39,834 nucleotides of DNA, taken from the IMG/VR virus record IMGVR_UViG_2563366858_000008; one strand, given 5' to 3'. Under the pieces are notes generated by a model that did no database searches, had not been told where the DNA came from, and worked only from the letters and a program-made list of their open reading frames with translations. Position numbers and translations under genes: made by a program. This stretch comes from a virus (taxonomy: Duplodnaviria; Heunggongvirae; Uroviricota; Caudoviricetes). Of the stretch, positions 35,112 to 39,834 are shown piece after piece (position 1 is the first letter of the stretch; each line of letters begins with the position of its first letter).

Positions 35112-36007
35112 TGCGGAACGCTGGAATCATGGATAGAACAAAATACATCGGAGGAAGCGATGTTGCAGGGATTCTTGGAATTAGCCCATGGCGCACCCCG
35201 CTTGAGGTTTATCTGGATAAGGTCCAGCCACGTGTCAAACCAGTAGACCCAAGCAAGCAGAAAGTTTTCACGCGTGGCCAGCGTATGGAGCCATACGTAA
35301 TAGACCTGCTTTCTGAGGAAACAGGGATGGAAATCGTTCATCGCGGAAACCGCTATATCCACCGTGATTACGATTTTATTGCAGCTGAGATCGATGCAGA
35401 AGCAGCGTCAGGCGAGAACATTGAGATCAAAACAGTTAGTCCGTTCAAAGCCAAAGAATGGGGAGAAATCCAGACAGATGCAATTCCTGTGCATTACACG
35501 GCCCAGGCCATGCACGGGTTGATGGTTACAAACAAACAGGTATGCGTTTTCGGTGTGCTTATCGGTGGCGACGACTTCCGAATCTATCGGGTTGAGCGTG
35601 ATGAAGAAACTATCCAGGCGATCTTAGAAAAAGAAATCGCTTTCTGGGACCGAGTGAAAAATCTTAACCCGCCGGAAGCTACCAGCGTAAGCGATGTATC
35701 GCTGATGTTTGAGAAAGATGCCGGGACAAGTATCGAGGCTGACGGAAAGGCACTCTCACTATTCAACGATCTACGAGACATGAAGTCACGCAGAAAATCA
35801 CTGGAAGAAGAAATAGCTATATCAGAAGAGAAGCTGAAGATGTACATGCAAGAGCACTCAGTCCTGACCCTGGACGGAAAGCCGCTCTGCACATGGAAAT
35901 CTCAGATCAGCAACAGATTCGACCAGAAGCTATTCCAGTCAGTACACCCTGAGTTATTCGAAAAATTCAAAACAACAACGACACAACGCGTCTTCAGAAT
36001 GAAGTAA
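35108..36007 (+). CDS. YqaJ-like recombination exonuclease (lambda Exo-type)
   Basis: N-terminal YIGGSDVAGILGISPWRTPLEVY motif typical of YqaJ-type exonucleases; immediately upstream of RecT. Confidence 0.8.
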   Translation: MMRNAGIMDRTKYIGGSDVAGILGISPWRTPLEVYLDKVQPRVKPVDPSKQKVFTRGQRMEPYVIDLLSEETGMEIVHRGNRYIHRDYDFIAAEIDAEAASGENIEIKTVSPFKAKEWGEIQTDAIPVHYTAQAMHGLMVTNKQVCVFGVLIGGDDFRIYRVERDEETIQAILEKEIAFWDRVKNLNPPEATSVSDVSLMFEKDAGTSIEADGKALSLFNDLRDMKSRRKSLEEEIAISEEKLKMYMQEHSVLTLDGKPLCTWKSQISNRFDQKLFQSVHPELFEKFKTTTTQRVFRMK

Positions 36008-36016
36008 GGAGAAAAA

Positions 36017-37039
36017 ATGTCTATCAATGCACTTAAGGCAGCGGCTACCGGTAACCAAGTTGCACATCATAATGAGAAACCAACAACTCTGGCCGGACTT
36101 CTGGCAGACCCAAAAATTAAAGCTCAGATGGCTTTGGCACTTCCAAAGCACATGACAGCAGACCGTCTGGCGCGCATAGCAACCACAGAGATCCGAAAGG
36201 TTCCAAAACTTGCATCATGCGACCAAGCCAGCTTCCTGGGGGCAATTATGCAATGTGCCCAATTGGGTCTTGAACCAGGCGGAGCTCTTGGACACGCTTA
36301 CCTGATACCGTTCGACAAACGCCAGAAAGTAAATGGAAGATGGGAAACCGTATCTACAGAAGCACAGCTGATTATCGGCTATCGCGGAATGATTGACCTT
36401 GCCCGCCGCTCTGGGCAGATCCTGAGTATCTCAGCTCGTACCGTACATACAAACGACAAATTCAGCTACTCATACGGCATGGAAGAAACGCTCGAGCATT
36501 TACCTTGCGAAACAGGTGACCGCGGAGAATTAACACACGTTTACGCCGTTGCACGACTGAAAGATGGCGGAGTCCAATTTGAAGTTATGAGCCGGGCAGA
36601 CGTTGAGAAAGTTCGTGCACTGAGCAAAGCCGGTAGCAGTGGCCCATGGGTTGATCACTTCGATGAGATGGCTAAAAAAACAGTAATTCGCCGACTGTTC
36701 AAATATCTTCCTGTTTCTATTGAAATGCAGAAGGCTGTTGTTATGGATGAGCGCGCTGAAGCTGGACTTAGCCAAGATAACGCAGCTGTTATCACTGGTG
36801 AATATTCCGTAGTTGACGATGAGCGTCAACACCTATCGCCAATTTCAGATTCAGAACGAGAAGAAGCTCGAGAATATATCATCGCGATACTTAATAGCCT
36901 GGATCCATCTGCTGAAGATGCAAAAACGATGTTCAAGCGCGCTGAAAATGAAATTAACACCATGGCTGAAAAGCTCGGTGATGAATATCACCAAAAATTC
37001 ATGATGACGCTTAACGATATGCGTCCAGAATTCGAGTAA
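36017..37039 (+). CDS. recT: RecT-family single-strand annealing recombinase
   Basis: Long segments (LPKHMTADRLARIATTEIRKVP, LIIGYRGMIDLARRSGQI, VYAVARLKDGG, GPWVDHFDEMAKKT) match E. coli RecT as recalled; AGGAG RBS. Confidence 0.9.
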   Translation: MSINALKAAATGNQVAHHNEKPTTLAGLLADPKIKAQMALALPKHMTADRLARIATTEIRKVPKLASCDQASFLGAIMQCAQLGLEPGGALGHAYLIPFDKRQKVNGRWETVSTEAQLIIGYRGMIDLARRSGQILSISARTVHTNDKFSYSYGMEETLEHLPCETGDRGELTHVYAVARLKDGGVQFEVMSRADVEKVRALSKAGSSGPWVDHFDEMAKKTVIRRLFKYLPVSIEMQKAVVMDERAEAGLSQDNAAVITGEYSVVDDERQHLSPISDSEREEAREYIIAILNSLDPSAEDAKTMFKRAENEINTMAEKLGDEYHQKFMMTLNDMRPEFE

Positions 37040-37088
37040 CCACCACCGCGGCGCCACGTGCGCCTCACTGCAACCAAGAGAGGTATTC

Positions 37089-37337
37089 ATGAAAGGTGCA
37101 TTAGGTAAGAAAGAACTCCTGGCGGTGGTGCCACTGTCATGGAGCACTATCGACCGTATGGAGCGCGCAGGGGAATTTCCTAAACGCTGGTATATCACCG
37201 ATAAACGCTGCGCATGGAACCGTGACGAAGTTGAGCGTTGGCTTGATGAACGTCAGGCAGCAAGCCCGGCAGAGTTCCAGGGTAAAAAGCCTCCTGTTCA
37301 GCAACGTGTATATCGTCCTGTGAGCAACGCTGCATGA
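37089..37337 (+). CDS. AlpA-family DNA-binding protein (excisionase/regulator-like)
   Basis: Motif MERAGEFPKRWYITDKRCAWNRDEVERWL typical of AlpA-type proteins; GAGAGG RBS. Confidence 0.65.
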   Translation: MKGALGKKELLAVVPLSWSTIDRMERAGEFPKRWYITDKRCAWNRDEVERWLDERQAASPAEFQGKKPPVQQRVYRPVSNAA

Positions 37338-37446
37338 GTGCGCTGCTAAGGCACTGGAGCAAATGGTCAGGATGGTACTTATTCCTGGCCTCTGTTTCAG
37401 CATGGCTTTATCTGCTGGCATTAATTTTCAGAGAGGGTTGGATTAA

Positions 37447-37746
37447 GTGAGAAAGTTAAGCCGACTTGAAAAATATCACATGAACAAGGTTTCAATGCGC
37501 AGTCCGTCAAAGATTGTCGCCGTTACTCCTGCGGCGATAGAGATCGAAAAACGCGCGATTGAAAGAGAGAAAAAAGGGCAGTTCCGCATTGCCGCTCACC
37601 TTTGGCTTCAGTGTATGGATGTTGCTTCTGGTGATGTTGAGCGTGCAAGGATCGCGGTTCGCAGGGACCAATGTATCACAAAAGGTAACGGCCTTCGCCG
37701 TGGCGACTATAGCGGCATAGGATGTTGTGGGGTGGTTTATGACTAA
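37447..37746 (+). CDS. Hypothetical protein
   Basis: ORF with GTG start (alternative ATG at 37480); overlaps methyltransferase start; no recognised motifs. Confidence 0.35.
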   Translation: MRKLSRLEKYHMNKVSMRSPSKIVAVTPAAIEIEKRAIEREKKGQFRIAAHLWLQCMDVASGDVERARIAVRRDQCITKGNGLRRGDYSGIGCCGVVYD

Positions 37747-38389
37747 GAAATACACACTAATCTATGCAGATCCACCCTGGGTATACCGGGACAAAGCCGC
37801 AGATGGTAATCGCGGTGCCGGTTTTAAATATCCGGTTATGAGTGTGCTGGACATCTGCCGCCTTCCTGTGTGGGATTTGGCCGATGAAAACTGTCTGTTG
37901 GCCATGTGGTGGGTGCCAACACAACCACTCGAAGCACTAAAAGTTGTTGAAGCCTGGGGATTCCGTCTGATGACCATGAAGGGATTCACGTGGATAAAAT
38001 GTGGTAGTCGACAACCAGATAAACTGGTTATGGGTATGGGTCACATGACTCGCGCCAATAGTGAAGATTGCCTGTTTGCGGTAAAGGGAAAACTACCTCC
38101 GCGCATTAATGCAGGGATCGTTCAGTCATTTACCGCACCGCGACTTGAGCATTCAAGAAAACCAGATGTCGTTCGTGAAAAACTTGTGCAATTGTTAGGC
38201 GATGTTTCTCGCATTGAACTGTTCGCCCGCCAGTCGTCTCATGGCTTCGATGTTTGGGGTAATCAGTGCGAAGACTCGGCAGTGCAACTACACCCTGGAT
38301 ACGCGTTGGATATTGGCGGATTAACAAATGCATTCAGCAATTCTCCGCTGTCACCAACAGACAACCAGGGGCGGGAGCGTGCAGCATGA
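37739..38389 (+). CDS. DNA N6-adenine methyltransferase, MT-A70-like
   Basis: Catalytic DPPW motif near N-terminus (LIYADPPWVY); about 216 aa; alternative GTG start at 37727. Confidence 0.8.
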   Translation: MTKKYTLIYADPPWVYRDKAADGNRGAGFKYPVMSVLDICRLPVWDLADENCLLAMWWVPTQPLEALKVVEAWGFRLMTMKGFTWIKCGSRQPDKLVMGMGHMTRANSEDCLFAVKGKLPPRINAGIVQSFTAPRLEHSRKPDVVREKLVQLLGDVSRIELFARQSSHGFDVWGNQCEDSAVQLHPGYALDIGGLTNAFSNSPLSPTDNQGRERAA

Positions 38390-38580
38390 ACAGGGCATCA
38401 CCAGCAGATTTAAGGAAATGCCTTGAAACTGCAAACATGCTTGCACACAGCGGGATCAGGTTTGTTCCAATTCCCGCTGTCACTGATGCTGAATTTGCAA
38501 CACTGTCAGCAATATTCACAGATAAAATTGAATCACTGGCAGCAGAAGCCGAGATGGAAGAAAATCAGCAGAATAATTAA
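38386..38580 (+). CDS. Small protein translationally coupled to the methyltransferase
   Basis: ATG overlaps methyltransferase TGA (ATGA); 64 aa. Confidence 0.45.
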   Translation: MNRASPADLRKCLETANMLAHSGIRFVPIPAVTDAEFATLSAIFTDKIESLAAEAEMEENQQNN

Positions 38581-38583
38581 ACG

Positions 38584-39834
38584 TTATTCCTCCGCCATCC
38601 ACTTCTCAAACTTCGACGGGGAGAACGGAATCAGATCCGTATGCTCCCCGTTAATCCAGGAATCAATCATATCGGCCCACTGCTGCAACATGTAGGCGCG
38701 CTGTCTGGCGTATTCCGCTTTGTTATATACGGCGCGCACACCTTTCTGCTCATGTGCCAGAGCCTTTTCAATCCAGTCTGAAGGATAACCAGCCTCATGC
38801 AACAACGTACTGGCTGTACGGCGCATATCATGTACAGTGAAGTCCTGAATATGATCACCATCTTCATTTATTATTTTCACCGTTCTGTCGATCAGAGAGT
38901 TCAGCGCGGCATTAGATAATGGCTTCCGGAAATTGTAACGACCAGGAACCAGATATTCACTTCCACCAGCGCACATCTGCAACCCGATTAATATATCCTG
39001 TGCCTGTTTAGGCAGGTAAATAACGTGCGCCCGACTTCCCTTCATGCGGTCTGAAGGAATTGTCCATGTCCATTTTTTAAAATCTATTTCATCCCACGTT
39101 GCATTGGTGAATTCGCCTTTACGAACCATAGTGATAAGCACCAGCTTTAAAGCCATTTTCATAGTGCCCATAGCACCAATGGCATCCAGCGTGCGGAAGA
39201 ACAGACCAATTTCTTCTGGTGTCAGTGTTCGCTCTCGTGGTTTAAATATGGCGATAGACGAAGGTTTAATGTCAGCCGCAGGATTAAACAAACCATGACC
39301 ACGGTCATTGGCGTGACGGTATACGCTGCTGATGATCTCCCTGGCCTGCACTGCTGTTGCCCGACCACCGCGTTCGACAATCCGGTCACACAAATCACGA
39401 ACCATCGATGTGGTAATTTCAGCCATTATTTTGTTGCCAAGAACCGGAAGTATGTCACGGTCGATCACCGCCTGCTTCATTGCGCGGGTACTGTCAGCCA
39501 GGATGACGTGTTTCATATAACTGTCGGTATGTACCGCAAACGTCTCGGCACCACGAATCTTTTTGATACCGTCACGTTTAGCCGCAGCCGGCGACTGGCC
39601 TGCTTTAAGCAGCTTCTTTGCAGCAATCAGTTCTTCTCGCGCTTCTGCCAGGCTGATACCGTCACGCCCATACTGCCCGATTACCAGTGTTTCGCGGCGA
39701 CCGTTGATACGGTAGTCATAGCGAAACGAGACCGTGCCTGACGTAAGCACAGCTACATACAGCCCGTCACGATCGGAGACCTTGTACAGTTTGTCCTGCG
39801 GCTTGAGGTTTTTTAATTTTGTATCGGTAAGCAC
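38584..39834 (-). CDS. int: Tyrosine integrase, P4-like; start at window edge
   Basis: N-terminal LTDTKLKNLKP...YKVSDRDGLYVAV arm-binding-like domain; C-terminal HDMRRT and VYNKAEY catalytic Tyr region; GTG at 39832..39834, upstream context not visible. Confidence 0.9.
   Translation of the reverse strand: MLTDTKLKNLKPQDKLYKVSDRDGLYVAVLTSGTVSFRYDYRINGRRETLVIGQYGRDGISLAEAREELIAAKKLLKAGQSPAAAKRDGIKKIRGAETFAVHTDSYMKHVILADSTRAMKQAVIDRDILPVLGNKIMAEITTSMVRDLCDRIVERGGRATAVQAREIISSVYRHANDRGHGLFNPAADIKPSSIAIFKPRERTLTPEEIGLFFRTLDAIGAMGTMKMALKLVLITMVRKGEFTNATWDEIDFKKWTWTIPSDRMKGSRAHVIYLPKQAQDILIGLQMCAGGSEYLVPGRYNFRKPLSNAALNSLIDRTVKIINEDGDHIQDFTVHDMRRTASTLLHEAGYPSDWIEKALAHEQKGVRAVYNKAEYARQRAYMLQQWADMIDSWINGEHTDLIPFSPSKFEKWMAEE

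Larger units (their letters stand above)
1143..39834. mobile_element. Prophage, epsilon15/phiV10-like temperate podovirus; right end runs off the window
   Basis: Contiguous lysis, conversion, tail/core, head, terminase, replication, immunity, recombination and integrase modules; left junction between 1143 and 1289; integrase start at window edge. Confidence 0.8.

Overview
Almost the whole window is one temperate phage (prophage, about 1.15 kb to the right edge at 39,834) sitting next to two host-like genes (yfgH/yfgI-like, 1..1071). All calls are from reading the sequence and ORF track by eye; no database search was run, so family names are recalled similarities. Gene order on the minus strand, right to left: P4-type tyrosine integrase (GTG start at the window edge), a cro/cI-like immunity region, lambda O/P-like replication genes with origin iterons inside the O-like gene, a nin-like block of small genes, terminase small and large subunits, a plus-strand tRNA-Arg(UCU) cassette, podovirus-type portal, scaffold, major capsid, a run of large internal-virion/tail proteins, a lipoprotein, a tailspike, and a lysis cassette (holin, GH19-type endolysin, Rz/Rz1). 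On the plus strand: an AT-rich OafA-like O-antigen acetyltransferase, and an early-left operon with YqaJ-like exonuclease, RecT, AlpA-like protein and an MT-A70 adenine methyltransferase. The overall layout resembles epsilon15/phiV10-like podoviruses. Main hunt results: (1) a 15-bp inverted repeat TTACC-N5-GGTAA occurs 7 times perfectly and 5 times with 1-2 mismatches, always at promoter or leader positions, suggesting one regulator controls the whole prophage; (2) the cI-like repressor is a tandem-HTH protein with no autocleavage domain, while a near-consensus LexA box sits in front of a small moron gene, suggesting SOS-controlled antirepression; (3) a different 12-bp perfect palindrome GTGACATGTCAC occurs exactly three times at gene ends; (4) a terminator lies immediately upstream of the terminase genes, pointing to antitermination control of late genes.
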